The notes below the pieces were generated by a model. The model was not told the origin of the DNA. It saw only the letters and a program-made list of their open reading frames with translations, and ran no database searches. This document shows positions 51,592 through 62,522 of a DNA stretch of 64,000 bases, one piece after another (positions within the stretch are counted from its first letter, which is position 1; each line of letters begins with the position of its first letter). This DNA comes from Candidatus Latescibacterota bacterium (GTDB lineage Bacteria; Latescibacterota; UBA2968; GCA-2709665). The stretch spans positions 1,088,001 to 1,152,000 of the forward strand of contig OZ241917.1 of assembly GCA_965203805.1 (NCBI GenBank), read 5' to 3'. The position numbers and the translations under genes were made by a program.

Positions 51592-53958
51592 TCAGCGCCC
51601 TTCCAGCCATCCCCGTGCGTCTATCCCTTCCTCGTCGATCCGGATGTCCACCGCGCCCATCAGATCGGTCCGATAGATCGAGATTCCCATTGCCTCGTAA
51701 CGCTGAATAACATCGGGAGACGGATGGCGAAATCTGTTTCTGATCCCGCACGAGACCGCTGCAAGTTCCGGACGGACGCCGTTCAGAAAGGCGGCGGAGG
51801 ACGAGGTGCGGGATCCGTGGTGAGCCGCCTTCAACACCTGGGCGTGAAGCCGGTCACCCCACCGCAGCAGATCCGAATCGGTCTCATGTTCGATATCGCC
51901 CGTTAAAAGGACGGCGGAACCTCCGTAAGTCAGCCGGATGACCAGGGAACCGTTGTTGAGTCCCATCGGGGCCGGTCCGTTCTTCGAGACATAATCCGGT
52001 GTGGGGTGCAGTACGAGGGCGTCCACGCCGCCCAGTCCCGCGAGCCGGTCCCCCGCCTCCACTGCGGCATACCGGATGCCCTTCTCCCGGATCAGCGTCC
52101 GGATCCGTCGCGCCGTCCAGGAATCGTAATATTGTCCGGCGTCGAGGTACCATCCGACCTTTATCGTCTCCAGGAGCCTCACGAATCCGCCGATGTGATC
52201 GCTGTGCGGGTGGGAAGCCACCAACACGTCGATACGGCTGATTCGCTCAGCCTTAAGAAACGGGATCAGCACCCGTTCCCCCATATCGATGTTCACCGCC
52301 CGCTGACCGCCGTCAACCAGCATGGTCCTTCCGTTCGGGAACCTCAGAAAGATCCCGTCGCCCTGTCCCACGTCCAGTACCAGCAACCGCAGGCCGGCGT
52401 CTCGCGGCCAGAGGTCCGACCAGACCCAGAGATTCGCCAGAGACAACGCGACGATCACAATCCGGCGGCCCCAACGCTGCGACCTGGCTTCGGGCAGGAT
52501 GAAAAGGACCGCGCAGAGATATAACCCCACGGTCGTCCAACCTGGCCGCGGTACTTCCACGGCGGCCCATGCCGGCCCGGCGAACCAGCCTGCCGTCTGG
52601 ATAGCACCCGTCAGGACCAGCCAGTTTGCGCCGTTCAACAACGCCGCGACCGGCGGCGAAACGTGAAAGACAATCACGCCGAGCAGCCCCAGCGCCACGG
52701 CAGCCGCCATTAAGGGCACCACGACCAGATTGGCGAGAACCGAGACAACCGATAGAAACCCGAAATAGGTCAGCACGAACGGCAGCGTGCCCACCTGCGC
52801 GGCCACCGATACGGCCAGCGGCGACCATACCCAGTGCGCGAGACCGCCCGTGCCGCCTGCGGGGAGCCAGGCCCGGATTGGTCGATAGAGCAGCAGGATT
52901 CCTCCTGTGGCGGAAAAAGAGAGCTGGAACCCCACGTCGAACAGGTCCTGGGGCCTGAAAACCAGAATCACAAGAGCCGCCAGCCCGAGTGAATTCAATC
53001 CTTCGCCCTGTGTGTTTCCCAGACGACCCCAGATGGTTATCGCGCACATCATGGCGGCTCTCACCACCGAAGGCGACAGCCCCGTAACCAGCGCGTAGAG
53101 CGAAACGCCGCATACGGTTGCCCATGCTGTGGTTCTCCTGCCGCATCCGAGCGCGCCGAGGCCGAAAAACACCACCGCGGCAATCAAACCTACGTGCAGG
53201 CCCGAAACGGCCAGGACGTGGTTGACGCCGGCCCGCGTAAACGCGGTTCGAACGCTGTCGGGCACCCCGCGTTTCTCACCCAGCAATACCCCGTTCAGCA
53301 GTCCCGCCGGCCCTCCCGAAAGGTTGTTCGCCACGCCGCGGCGCACACCCCTTCGCACGGGCAGCACCACGTACGTCCACAGCCAGCCCCCCCTGCCTGA
53401 ACGGGTGTCCAGGACCTGCTCCGTCCGGAACACCGACCCCATGGCATGGATTCCCTTCCGTTTCAGAAAGGCGCGGTAATCGAATGCACCCGGATTTCTG
53501 GCCGGGTGCGGCCGCCGCAGGTTGAGCCGTATCACCAAACGGTCTCCGTAATCCACCTGCGGCCGGAACTTCCAGAACCGTACAAGAACCGCTCCCCGAA
53601 TCGAATACACGGTATCACGCACGGTCGCGCTCTTCGCGGCGAGCCGAAGCCGCAGCCCGTCTTCAATCCACTCGGGTTCTTCAGCGACGCGCCCGTGGAG
53701 TACCACCGGATGGTCCCGCCCTGCAAGCCGTGCGACATGGTCATCGGGCAACCCCTGGGTAACGCTTTCATACCTCAACGCCCCCAGGGCTATAAAGAGG
53801 GCCATCGGCCACACGGAACGCCGCCTCCAACGGATCAGGGACACGATCCAGAACGCCAGGCCACCGGCCCATAGCGTCCATACCGGCAGCTCCCACAGAT
53901 GTGCCAGGAGCACTCCCGCGGCGAAAGACGCCGCGGCCAACAACGCCGGACGATGCAT
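51592..53958 (-). CDS. comEC: DNA uptake channel ComEC/Rec2 with metallo-beta-lactamase domain
   Basis: NPGAFDY, HVLAVSGLHV, GFQLSF, DVGQGD, SHPHSDHIGG, HHGS. Confidence 0.96.
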   Translation of the reverse strand: MHRPALLAAASFAAGVLLAHLWELPVWTLWAGGLAFWIVSLIRWRRRSVWPMALFIALGALRYESVTQGLPDDHVARLAGRDHPVVLHGRVAEEPEWIEDGLRLRLAAKSATVRDTVYSIRGAVLVRFWKFRPQVDYGDRLVIRLNLRRPHPARNPGAFDYRAFLKRKGIHAMGSVFRTEQVLDTRSGRGGWLWTYVVLPVRRGVRRGVANNLSGGPAGLLNGVLLGEKRGVPDSVRTAFTRAGVNHVLAVSGLHVGLIAAVVFFGLGALGCGRRTTAWATVCGVSLYALVTGLSPSVVRAAMMCAITIWGRLGNTQGEGLNSLGLAALVILVFRPQDLFDVGFQLSFSATGGILLLYRPIRAWLPAGGTGGLAHWVWSPLAVSVAAQVGTLPFVLTYFGFLSVVSVLANLVVVPLMAAAVALGLLGVIVFHVSPPVAALLNGANWLVLTGAIQTAGWFAGPAWAAVEVPRPGWTTVGLYLCAVLFILPEARSQRWGRRIVIVALSLANLWVWSDLWPRDAGLRLLVLDVGQGDGIFLRFPNGRTMLVDGGQRAVNIDMGERVLIPFLKAERISRIDVLVASHPHSDHIGGFVRLLETIKVGWYLDAGQYYDSWTARRIRTLIREKGIRYAAVEAGDRLAGLGGVDALVLHPTPDYVSKNGPAPMGLNNGSLVIRLTYGGSAVLLTGDIEHETDSDLLRWGDRLHAQVLKAAHHGSRTSSSAAFLNGVRPELAAVSCGIRNRFRHPSPDVIQRYEAMGISIYRTDLMGAVDIRIDEEGIDARGWLEGR

Positions 53959-54139
53959 CACCGCTCCCTCCGTTTGGCCCCGGGTTCGCAACACAATGCG
54001 GCAAATTTCGTGCCGCTCCGAATCACGGCGGATTTTCCGGTATTCCCGTTTTTTTCTGGAACGATCCTTTCAATCGATGTCTCGAAATGTTCATCCGGGT
54101 GCCTTCGTTCCGCGGACTCGACGCCGCCGGAACAATCAA

Positions 54140-54168
54140 TTGACATTACCCGGTCGAGATGCTATATT
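54140..54168 (+). promoter_or_regulatory. sigma70-type promoter for truA operon
   Basis: TTGACA-17 nt-TATATT with TG extension. Confidence 0.6.
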
Positions 54169-54238
54169 TCTGGGAAAATCGGTCGGTCAACGGTCTCCAC
54201 TCGCGGTGTCCCCGACTTTTCATGCCGATCCAGCTGGA

Positions 54239-54985
54239 ATGCAACGGAATATTCGGCTTCGACTGGAATACGACGGTACAGATTTCAAGGGCTGGCAGAT
54301 TCAGCCCGACCAGCGCACGGTCCAGGGAACACTGGAGTCCTGCCTGGAATCGCTGATGGGGCACCATGTCCGCGCCGTCGGCGCCGGGCGCACGGATGCA
54401 GGCGTTCACGCGCTTGAGCAGGTGGCCAATTTTACCACGTTCAATCCCCTGCCGCTGCAACGCGTCGAGGCCGCATTGAACAGCATGTTGCCGCCAGATG
54501 TGGTTGTCCTGGACGCAGATGAGGTTCCACCCTCGTTTCATGCGCGACGTTGCGCAAGGCGCCGGAGTTACCTGTATCGCATCGCGTACCGTCGCCGGGC
54601 GATCGGCCGCGGACAGGCGTGGCACCTGCGAAGCAGGCTGAATATCGACGCGATGCAGTCCGCGGCGGCACGCACGCTGGGCTGTCACGATTTCACGTCG
54701 TTCTGCGTGGCTGCGGCCGAGAAGGAAAACCGGGTCTGCCGCGTCTTCGAGTGCATGCTGGCCGGCATCGACGACGCGGTCCACGTGGAGATTTCGGCCG
54801 ACAGGTTTCTTCGGTCGATGGTGCGCGGCATTGTCGGCACTCTCGTGCAGGTGGGAAGAGGCACTCGCGCACCCGACGCGATGGACACCATTCTGCGGGC
54901 CCGAGACAGGCGGCAGGCAGGGCCCAGCGCCCCGCCGCAGGGCCTTTTCTTAAAAAAAGTGACTTACGACGACCCGGAAGAATAG
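54239..54985 (+). CDS. truA: tRNA pseudouridine(38-40) synthase
   Basis: YDGTDFKGWQ, AGRTDAGVHA, FHAR, HDFTSF, FLRSMVR. Confidence 0.96.
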   Translation: MQRNIRLRLEYDGTDFKGWQIQPDQRTVQGTLESCLESLMGHHVRAVGAGRTDAGVHALEQVANFTTFNPLPLQRVEAALNSMLPPDVVVLDADEVPPSFHARRCARRRSYLYRIAYRRRAIGRGQAWHLRSRLNIDAMQSAAARTLGCHDFTSFCVAAAEKENRVCRVFECMLAGIDDAVHVEISADRFLRSMVRGIVGTLVQVGRGTRAPDAMDTILRARDRRQAGPSAPPQGLFLKKVTYDDPEE

Positions 54986-54988
54986 CGC

Positions 54989-56149
54989 GTGCGGCAACCG
55001 GTGCGGATCGTTCTCAAAAGCGTCTTTGCGGGATTGATACTGGTACTTTCGGCCGAAGGTCAACCGGAAGGGGCGTCTCCGGCGGCCGCGGCGGGTCCCG
55101 AGATTGACGCCTCCAGAAAAAACGCCATCGTGCGGGCCGTCGAAAGGGTGGCGCCCTCGGTCGTCGGGGTAACCACGGTCTCCTTCGAACACGTCGACGT
55201 CCGGGTTGCGCACCCGTTTTGGGATCTGTACTGGTATCCGGGAACCGTCCGGAAGGAACGGCCTGGGATCGGGTCCGGCGTGGTCATCCGGTCCGACGGA
55301 TACATCCTGACGAATTACCATGTCGTCGAGGGGGCGCGGGAAATCACGGTCACGTTTTCGGACGGTCGGAGCCTGAAGGTTCGGGACACCCGCAAAGACG
55401 TGATGGTCGACCCCGGCGCGGACCTGGCGGTCATACGGGTAAACGCGACGAATCTGCCGGTCCCGGAACTGGGAGATTCCGAAGACGTGATTATCGGCGA
55501 ATGGGCCATCGCCATCGGCAACCCCTTCGGGCTGCTCATCGAAGAACCCGAACCCACCGTGACCGTCGGCGTCGTAAGCGCGGTAAACCGGAATCTGTCA
55601 CTGCAGCAGGATGAGGGCGGCCATTCCTATTCGAATATGATCCAGACCGACGCGTCCATCAATCCGGGGAACAGCGGCGGGCCCCTGGTCAACGGCGTGG
55701 GTCAGGTCATCGGCATCAACACCTTTATCTTTACCAAGAGCGGGGGTTCCCTGAGCGGGGGTTCCCTCGGCATCGGTTTCGCGCTCCCCATCAACCGGGC
55801 AAGAAAAATAGCCGAACGGCTGATCGCAGGGGGTGTTCAGGAATTCTGGACCGGTTTCGAGGTGCATCCGAATCTGACGCCAGGGCTGGCGAACGCATTG
55901 GGGTTATACACGCATCGGGGCGCACTGATCACGCGCGTGGCGGACCGCAGTCCGGCGTCTCGCGCAAGGCTGAATCCGGGCGACCTGATCATCTCCGTGA
56001 ACGGCCGCGCGGTCCGAAACGCCGACGACGTGGACAGGGTATTCGAAGACGCACGGGTCGGGGACACCCTTTCACTGAGCATACTGCGAGGCAGGCTGCG
56101 CTTTGCAACGCGTCTCCAGCCGGAACGGGCCCCTTCCCCTCAACAGTAG
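54989..56149 (+). CDS. HtrA/DegP-family serine protease with one PDZ domain
   Basis: GSGVV, TNYHVV, DLAV, QTDASINPGNSGGPL, C-terminal PDZ. Confidence 0.93.
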   Translation: MRQPVRIVLKSVFAGLILVLSAEGQPEGASPAAAAGPEIDASRKNAIVRAVERVAPSVVGVTTVSFEHVDVRVAHPFWDLYWYPGTVRKERPGIGSGVVIRSDGYILTNYHVVEGAREITVTFSDGRSLKVRDTRKDVMVDPGADLAVIRVNATNLPVPELGDSEDVIIGEWAIAIGNPFGLLIEEPEPTVTVGVVSAVNRNLSLQQDEGGHSYSNMIQTDASINPGNSGGPLVNGVGQVIGINTFIFTKSGGSLSGGSLGIGFALPINRARKIAERLIAGGVQEFWTGFEVHPNLTPGLANALGLYTHRGALITRVADRSPASRARLNPGDLIISVNGRAVRNADDVDRVFEDARVGDTLSLSILRGRLRFATRLQPERAPSPQQ

Positions 56150-56194
56150 GATGTACGGAAACCGGGTAGAACTGAATTTCGGAGCCATGACGCC

Positions 56195-56911
56195 ATGAGA
56201 AAAAGGGCCGCAGTCCCGAGCATGGTTACACTCTGCAATCTCTGCTGTGGATTCCTTGCGATCGCGTACGCCATGGACGGGAAACTGGTCCCGGCGGCGT
56301 GGTTAATCGTAATCGCGGGATTTCTCGACGCCTTCGACGGCAAACTCGCCCGGCTGATGGACTCGCCCAGCAACTTCGGGGTTCAGTTCGACTCCCTGGC
56401 CGATGTCTGTTCGTTCGGTGTGGCGCCCGCGGTCCTGATGTTCCAGTACCTGCAGGGTCTGCTGGATGCCGTGTGGCTGCCCTTCGCGGCCTGTTTTCTT
56501 TTTCTGCTGTGCGGCGCCCTGCGCCTGGCGAGGTTCAACGTTCAGGTCAAAGGCGACGAAAAGGAGGACTTTGTCGGCCTTCCAATTCCCTCGTCCGCCG
56601 GAACGATGGCCGCTTATATCGTCTTCGCCGAGCGGGTCTGGCAGAGTACACGGGAACCCCATGTCGCCCTGCTCCTTTGCGTGGTTCTGGGCCTTCTGAT
56701 GGTCAGTCCGTTCGGATATCCCGCCTTCCCCCGGTTCAGCATCGAAACGCGGAGGGACCGATGGAGGCTGGGAATCGCCCTTGCCGCATTTATCCCCGTC
56801 GCGGTATTTCCGGACGAAGCGTTTTTCCCGATCGCGTTTGCATTTTCGATCTCGGGCGCCGTGCGGTGGGTGTCGCATCTGATTGCCCATAGAGAAGTTG
56901 CGGATATGTGA
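56195..56911 (+). CDS. pssA: CDP-diacylglycerol--serine O-phosphatidyltransferase
   Basis: DAFDGKLAR, FDSLADVCSFGVAP, LRLARFN, FVGLPIP. Confidence 0.92.
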   Translation: MRKRAAVPSMVTLCNLCCGFLAIAYAMDGKLVPAAWLIVIAGFLDAFDGKLARLMDSPSNFGVQFDSLADVCSFGVAPAVLMFQYLQGLLDAVWLPFAACFLFLLCGALRLARFNVQVKGDEKEDFVGLPIPSSAGTMAAYIVFAERVWQSTREPHVALLLCVVLGLLMVSPFGYPAFPRFSIETRRDRWRLGIALAAFIPVAVFPDEAFFPIAFAFSISGAVRWVSHLIAHREVADM

Positions 56912-56943
56912 ATCGTCATGACACGAGAGCGGAGCGGAAGTCG

Positions 56944-57225
56944 ATGAAAAACAAGAGCATCGGACTCCTGGTTGTCGCAATCTTCGTGGGCATTCTGGCA
57001 AGCCAGGTCTTCGGCGCGGTCCTGAACCTGGTCTTCGGCAGCCTCGGCCTGCAAGACAATATGGTCTCCAGGGTACTTGTGGATCCTCTGGTCGCCTACG
57101 AATTCTATCCGATGCGCCTCAATCTGCTCGTGATGACGCTCACCCTGGGGTTTTCGCTCAACTTCAACGTACTCAGCCTGATCGGCATCGGAACCGCGTA
57201 CTATTACGTGAAGTATTCCTACTGA
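56944..57225 (+). CDS. small membrane protein (DUF4321-like)
   Basis: Hydrophobic 93 aa with LNL...LTLGFSLNFNVLSLIG motif. Confidence 0.65.
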   Translation: MKNKSIGLLVVAIFVGILASQVFGAVLNLVFGSLGLQDNMVSRVLVDPLVAYEFYPMRLNLLVMTLTLGFSLNFNVLSLIGIGTAYYYVKYSY

Positions 57226-57336
57226 GTGATGGGGGCGCCGCTGCGCGAAGGGCTGCCGCCGGCGGCCGGCGAATTCGGCGGCCGCGGCGCCGCTTCGGAT
57301 CGGAAGCGGACGTTTTTCACAAATACGAGGTGATTC

Positions 57337-57561
57337 ATGCTGGGTGGAATCGGAACTTGGGAAATCCTCCTGATCTTCCTGGTCATCCTGCTGCTGTTCG
57401 GGGCCAAACGCATTCCCGATATCGCCAAAAGCGTGGGAAAAGGAGTTACGGAATTCAAGAGAGGCCTTCGGGACATCCAGGATGAAATTGAAACCGGAGG
57501 CGACCCCCCTTCCAGGTCCGACGGCAAAACACCGGATTCGGAAAAAACCGCCAAACCCTAG
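57337..57561 (+). CDS. tatA: twin-arginine translocase subunit TatA
   Basis: GIGTWEILLI, LLFGAKRIPDIAKSVGKGVTEFK. Confidence 0.95.
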   Translation: MLGGIGTWEILLIFLVILLLFGAKRIPDIAKSVGKGVTEFKRGLRDIQDEIETGGDPPSRSDGKTPDSEKTAKP

Positions 57562-57573
57562 GGGGAGGGTAAG

Positions 57574-59034
57574 TTGGCAGTCTCCGGGAAGCCACTGAAC
57601 GAACGGCCCGCCCACGAACTGACGGCGTCGATTCTGTCGGGTAAGGTTACATCCAGACAGTTGGTCGAGGCCGTTTTTCGTTGTATTCGGGCGACGAATC
57701 CGGCGATCAACACCTTCATCACCCTGAATGAATCCGAGGCGGTCCGCAAGGCGGAGGAGGTAGACGCCAGAATATCGGCCGGAAATCCGGTCGGTCCGCT
57801 GGCAGGTATTCCCGTTGCTCTTAAAGACCTGCTTTGCACCAGAGGATTGCTCACCACCGCGGGTTCCCGCATCCTCGAGAACTTCGTTCCGCCGTACGAC
57901 GCGACTTCCGTCACACGCCTCCGCGATGCCGACGCGGTTATCGTTGGCAAACTCAATATGGACGAGTTTGCGATGGGGTCGTCGAACGAAAACTCGGCAT
58001 ACGGACCGGCGCGAAATCCCCACGATACATCGCGCGTGCCGGGAGGTTCCAGCGGCGCCAGCGCCGCCAGCGTGGCCGCGAACCAGACCGTGCTGGCCTT
58101 AGGCACGGATACCGGCGGATCCATCCGCCTTCCCGCCTCCTTCTGCGGCGTGGTCGGTCTCAAGCCCACCTACGGCCGGGTCTCCCGCTACGGCCTCATT
58201 GCCTACGCGTCTTCCCTGGACCAGATTGGCCCCGTGGCGCGGAACGTGCGCGATGCAGCGCTCCTCCTGAACGTTATTGCCGGCCACGACCCCCGCGATT
58301 CCACGTCCGTGGATCTGCCGGCGCCGGACTACACGGCGCGCCTCGATGCGGGTGTCGCCGGCCGGACCATCGGTCTTCCAGCGGGGTATTTCGGGGAAGG
58401 GCTGGACGACGAGGTACGGGCGTCGGTATTCCGCGGCGTTGAAGTCCTGAAAGAAGCCGGAGCGGAAATCCGTGAGATTGACCTCCCCATCGCGTGCCAT
58501 CCGGCCTGCTCGATCGCCGCCTATTACATCATCGCCACCGGAGAGGCATCTTCGAACCTCTCCCGGTACGACGGCGTCAAGTACGGAAGTCGAGCGGAGG
58601 GCGACGATCTGATCGACATGTATTGCCGGACCCGAAGCGCCGGTTTCGGCGAGGAAGTCAAGCGCCGCATCATGCTGGGCACCTACGCCCTCAGCGCCGG
58701 ATACTACGACGCCTATTACCTGAGAGCCCAGCGGGTGCGCACGCTCGTCAAGGAGGATTTCGACCGCGCGTTCGAATCCTGCGACCTGCTCGCCGCACCC
58801 GTTTCGCCTACCCCCGCTTTCCCTATTGGCGCAAAGATCGATGACCCGCTTCAGATGTACCTCTCCGACATCTACACCGTCTCGGTCAACCTGGCGGGCA
58901 TTCCGGCCATTTCGGTCCCCTGCGGCGTTTCGGGCGAGGGCTTGCCCATCGGCCTGCAACTGCTGGCGCCGGCGTTCATGGAAGAGAACCTGTTCAGGGC
59001 CGCCTACGTGGTCGAGCAGGAGCTGACCCGATGA
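57574..59034 (+). CDS. gatA: Asp/Glu-tRNA amidotransferase subunit A
   Basis: Amidase signature [34 protein letters not shown]. Confidence 0.96.
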   Translation: MAVSGKPLNERPAHELTASILSGKVTSRQLVEAVFRCIRATNPAINTFITLNESEAVRKAEEVDARISAGNPVGPLAGIPVALKDLLCTRGLLTTAGSRILENFVPPYDATSVTRLRDADAVIVGKLNMDEFAMGSSNENSAYGPARNPHDTSRVPGGSSGASAASVAANQTVLALGTDTGGSIRLPASFCGVVGLKPTYGRVSRYGLIAYASSLDQIGPVARNVRDAALLLNVIAGHDPRDSTSVDLPAPDYTARLDAGVAGRTIGLPAGYFGEGLDDEVRASVFRGVEVLKEAGAEIREIDLPIACHPACSIAAYYIIATGEASSNLSRYDGVKYGSRAEGDDLIDMYCRTRSAGFGEEVKRRIMLGTYALSAGYYDAYYLRAQRVRTLVKEDFDRAFESCDLLAAPVSPTPAFPIGAKIDDPLQMYLSDIYTVSVNLAGIPAISVPCGVSGEGLPIGLQLLAPAFMEENLFRAAYVVEQELTR

Positions 59035-60497
59035 AATACGAGTCCGTCATTGGTCTGGAGGTCCACGCGCAGCTCGCCACGCAGACCAAGATATTTTGCG
59101 GTTGCAGCGTGTCGTACGGCGCCGAAGCCAATTCGCGCACCTGTCCGGTCTGCCTGGGGCTGCCCGGCGCGCTGCCGGTGTTGAACAGAGAGGCGGTCGA
59201 GCACGCCATTCGCATTGCCCTGGCGGTTGGCTGCACCATCCAGCGCCGAAGCCGCTTTCTGAGGAAGAACTACTTCTACCCCGATCTTCCGAAGGGGTAT
59301 CAGATTTCGCAGTTCCAGTCCAACGAGGAAATGCCGCTGGCCACGGGAGGCCGTATCGAGATCCCGTGCGGCAGCGGTACAAAGACCGTGCGCCTCATTC
59401 GCATCCACATGGAAGAAGACGCGGGCAAGAGCATCCACGACGAGGCGTTTGTCGCCGCCGGCGAGTCACTGGTGGACGTCAACCGTTGCGGGGTCCCGCT
59501 CATCGAACTCGTCAGCGAACCGGACATCGCGACGCCGGAAGAAGCCTCCCACTTCATGACCCGCCTGCGACAGTTGCTGATCTACACGGGGGTTTCGGAA
59601 GGCGACATGGAAAAGGGCCACATCCGCATCGACGCCAACGTATCGATCCGGCCGCACGGCGCGACCGGACTCGGCACCAAGGTCGAAATCAAGAATATGA
59701 ACTCCATTCGCAACTGCCGGCGGGCCCTTGAAGCCGAAATCCTGCGCCAGATCGACACGCTGGAGACCAGCGGCGACGTCATGCAGGAAACCCTGCTGTA
59801 CGATCCCGATCGCAACCGGCTGCGCACGATGCGCGGCAAGGAGTCCTCCGACGACTACCGCTATTTTCCCGAGCCCGATCTGGTACCGGTCGTCGTCGAC
59901 CCGGAATGGACGGACCGGATCCATGACACCGTTCCCGAACTGCCCGAAGCAAAACGTACCCGTTTCGAGCGTACGTACGCGCTGAGAACGGACCAGATCG
60001 ACACCCTGATCGCCGACCGGAGAGTTGCCGATTACTTTGAAGCCGCCGTGTCGGCGGGGGCAGAGCCCGCCACAACCGCAAACTGGGTCCAGGGAGACGT
60101 CCTTCGGACCCTCAACGAACGCAAGATCGATATCGATCAACTCAAGGCCGCCCCGGCAGATCTGGCGGCGCTGCTCAAGTTGATCGAGAGCGGCGCCATC
60201 AGCGCGAGCGTCGGCAGAACCGTATTCGCCCGGATGGCCGAAACCGGCGACGCCCCTGAAGCCGTCGTCGAACAGCAGGGACTCGCGCAGATCAGCGATT
60301 CGTCCCGGATCGACGTTCTGATCGAAACGGTGATTTCACAGCACCCCGACGCCGTCGAGCGATACAGGAAAGGCGACGGAAAGCTGCTGGGCTTCTTCAT
60401 GGGGCAGATCATGAAGGCCACGAAGGGCCAGGCGAACCCCGGAATGGCGAATCAGTTGTTGCGGAAGAAGTTGGAGGCCAAACCCCCGTCCTCCTGA
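59031..60497 (+). CDS. gatB: Asp/Glu-tRNA amidotransferase subunit B
   Basis: [42 protein letters not shown]. Confidence 0.97.
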   Translation: MKYESVIGLEVHAQLATQTKIFCGCSVSYGAEANSRTCPVCLGLPGALPVLNREAVEHAIRIALAVGCTIQRRSRFLRKNYFYPDLPKGYQISQFQSNEEMPLATGGRIEIPCGSGTKTVRLIRIHMEEDAGKSIHDEAFVAAGESLVDVNRCGVPLIELVSEPDIATPEEASHFMTRLRQLLIYTGVSEGDMEKGHIRIDANVSIRPHGATGLGTKVEIKNMNSIRNCRRALEAEILRQIDTLETSGDVMQETLLYDPDRNRLRTMRGKESSDDYRYFPEPDLVPVVVDPEWTDRIHDTVPELPEAKRTRFERTYALRTDQIDTLIADRRVADYFEAAVSAGAEPATTANWVQGDVLRTLNERKIDIDQLKAAPADLAALLKLIESGAISASVGRTVFARMAETGDAPEAVVEQQGLAQISDSSRIDVLIETVISQHPDAVERYRKGDGKLLGFFMGQIMKATKGQANPGMANQLLRKKLEAKPPSS

Positions 60498-60598
60498 CGG
60501 GAAGGTCGACGGCAGACGCCCGCACCCGTACGACGCCGTTCCTGATGATTCCGATCCGTCCTCACCCGGCACAAAGGTCCACACCAGCGCCGACAGCC

Positions 60599-61285
60599 GT
60601 GAGTACCCATCTCGTCATCTTCGCAAGGAACCCCGTGCCCGGCGCGGTCAAGACGCGCCTTCATTCCAGGTACACACCGGCACAGGCGGCGGCGATTTAC
60701 CGCGCCTTTGTACTGGATACCGTGGACTCAGCGACGCAGGCACGCGTGGACCGGCGCTGCGTGGCCTTCGATCCGCCGGGAGCGGAAGTCGAACTCGGCG
60801 GTCTGGCCGGTCCGGGCTGGGGACTCTTCGCCCAGGTCTCCGGCGACCTGGGCGAACGCATGTACCAGGCGGCTTGCCACTGTTTCGAACTGGGCGCACG
60901 GCGCGTCGTGATATTGGGAACCGACGTTCCTTCGCTGCCACCGCACCACATCGATCGGGCATTCGAGCTCCTGGAAGAAAACGCGGTCGTGCTCGGACCC
61001 AGCATGGACGGCGGGTACTATCTCGTTGGCCTCTCACGACCGGTCCGGGAGATCTTCCGCGACATCGCGTGGAGCACCGCCCGGGTGTACGCGCAGACGC
61101 TTGAACGGGCCAGGGCCGCCGGGCTGACCGTTGGCGTTCTGCCGTCGTGGTACGACGTGGACACGCCCCGGCAGCTGGATCATCTCGTCGACCACGCGCG
61201 CGCCCAACGCCGCGCCGGCGCGGTCGACCCCATTCCTCACACCCGCGCCTGCCTCTCAACCATCGACGGGCCCGCCGGACCGTAA
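60599..61285 (+). CDS. DUF2064/TIGR04282 family glycosyltransferase-like (CofC-like) protein
   Basis: FARNPVPGAVKTRL, GDLGERM, GTDVP, GPSMDGGYYLVG, DVDT; start approximate. Confidence 0.85.
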   Translation: MSTHLVIFARNPVPGAVKTRLHSRYTPAQAAAIYRAFVLDTVDSATQARVDRRCVAFDPPGAEVELGGLAGPGWGLFAQVSGDLGERMYQAACHCFELGARRVVILGTDVPSLPPHHIDRAFELLEENAVVLGPSMDGGYYLVGLSRPVREIFRDIAWSTARVYAQTLERARAAGLTVGVLPSWYDVDTPRQLDHLVDHARAQRRAGAVDPIPHTRACLSTIDGPAGP

Positions 61286-61320
61286 CGACACACGGCGATG
61301 TCGCCGCAGGGGAAACCAGG

Positions 61321-62463
61321 ATGACAATCAAACGCATCGAACAGTTCTTCCCGCGTCCTCGCACCCGCCTGCTGAAAATCACGACCGATAGCGGCCTTGA
61401 GGGCTGGGGAGAAACCACCCTGGAGGGCAGACCCGGAAGCACCTTTGCCGCGGTGGAGGAACTGTCAGCCTATCTCATCGGCAAAGACCCCCTCCGGATC
61501 CAGCACCACTGGCAGCATATCTACCGTTCAGCGTTCTACCGGGGAGGCGCCGTCCTCATGACGGCACTGTCGGGCATCGACCAGGCGCTGTGGGATATCG
61601 CGGGCAAGCATTATGGCGTACCCGTACACCGGTTGCTCGGAGGACCGGTGAGGGACCGGATCCGGGTCTACGCCCACTGGGGAATCGGCGGCCTGACGGA
61701 AGACGAACAGGCCGCATCGAGACAACGCCTGGAGATGCTCCGGAAAAAGGGCGGTTACAAGGCGTTCAAGACCGGGCCCGGGGGCAAGTGGCGGGCCCAC
61801 GAACCTCCCGCCGTCATCGATGAATTCGTCCGCCGCGCCTACATGATGCGGGAGTGGGTCGGGCCCGACGTGGAGCTCTGTTTCGATTTTCACGGAAAAA
61901 TGACACCGGCGCTGGCGGTCGAAATCTGCCAGGAACTCAGAGGCATGCGGCCGATGTTTGTGGAGGAACCGGTGCCACAGGAGAACGTGGATGCGCTGAA
62001 ACACGTCTCCGACAGGGTTCCCTTTCCCGTCGCCACGGGCGAGCGGCTGCTCAGCAGGTGGGAGTTCCGGCGCGTCTTCGAAAACCAGGCCGCCGCGTAC
62101 ATCCAGCCGGACGTTTCTCATGCCGGCGGCATTTCGGAAACCCTCAGAATCGCCAATATGGCCGAGGTCTACTACATGCACATCATGCCCCATTGCGCCA
62201 TCGGACCCGTTGCATTCTCGTCGTGCCTGCACGTCGACGCCGCCGTGCCCAACTTTCTGATCCAGGAGCAGGTCGACGCGTGTCTTGGAGAAGGCCTGCT
62301 GTTGCAGCCGTGGCAGGTGAACGACGGTCACATCCCGCTTCCGGCCGGCCCCGGCCTCGGCATCGAGCCCGACGAACGCGAAGTCCGCAAGATGAGCGAC
62401 TACACCGAGGAACTCGGAGGTGAATATTACTACCCGTCCGACGGGAGCGTGGCCGACTGGTAG
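61321..62463 (+). CDS. dgoD: galactonate dehydratase-like enzyme (mandelate racemase/enolase superfamily)
   Basis: GWGETTLEG, SGIDQALWDI, DFHGK, EEP, ATGER, QPDVSHAGGI, DGSVADW. Confidence 0.85.
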   Translation: MTIKRIEQFFPRPRTRLLKITTDSGLEGWGETTLEGRPGSTFAAVEELSAYLIGKDPLRIQHHWQHIYRSAFYRGGAVLMTALSGIDQALWDIAGKHYGVPVHRLLGGPVRDRIRVYAHWGIGGLTEDEQAASRQRLEMLRKKGGYKAFKTGPGGKWRAHEPPAVIDEFVRRAYMMREWVGPDVELCFDFHGKMTPALAVEICQELRGMRPMFVEEPVPQENVDALKHVSDRVPFPVATGERLLSRWEFRRVFENQAAAYIQPDVSHAGGISETLRIANMAEVYYMHIMPHCAIGPVAFSSCLHVDAAVPNFLIQEQVDACLGEGLLLQPWQVNDGHIPLPAGPGLGIEPDEREVRKMSDYTEELGGEYYYPSDGSVADW

Positions 62464-62522
62464 GTGCGCCGGGCGTTGCCGGTGAGCGGCGGACGCGCGG
62501 CACAAGGCGGCAACCGCGTGGG

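Noticed and set aside
57337-60497. gatAB without adjacent gatC, preceded by tatA
   Set aside because: gatC is often unlinked; nothing here suggests novelty.
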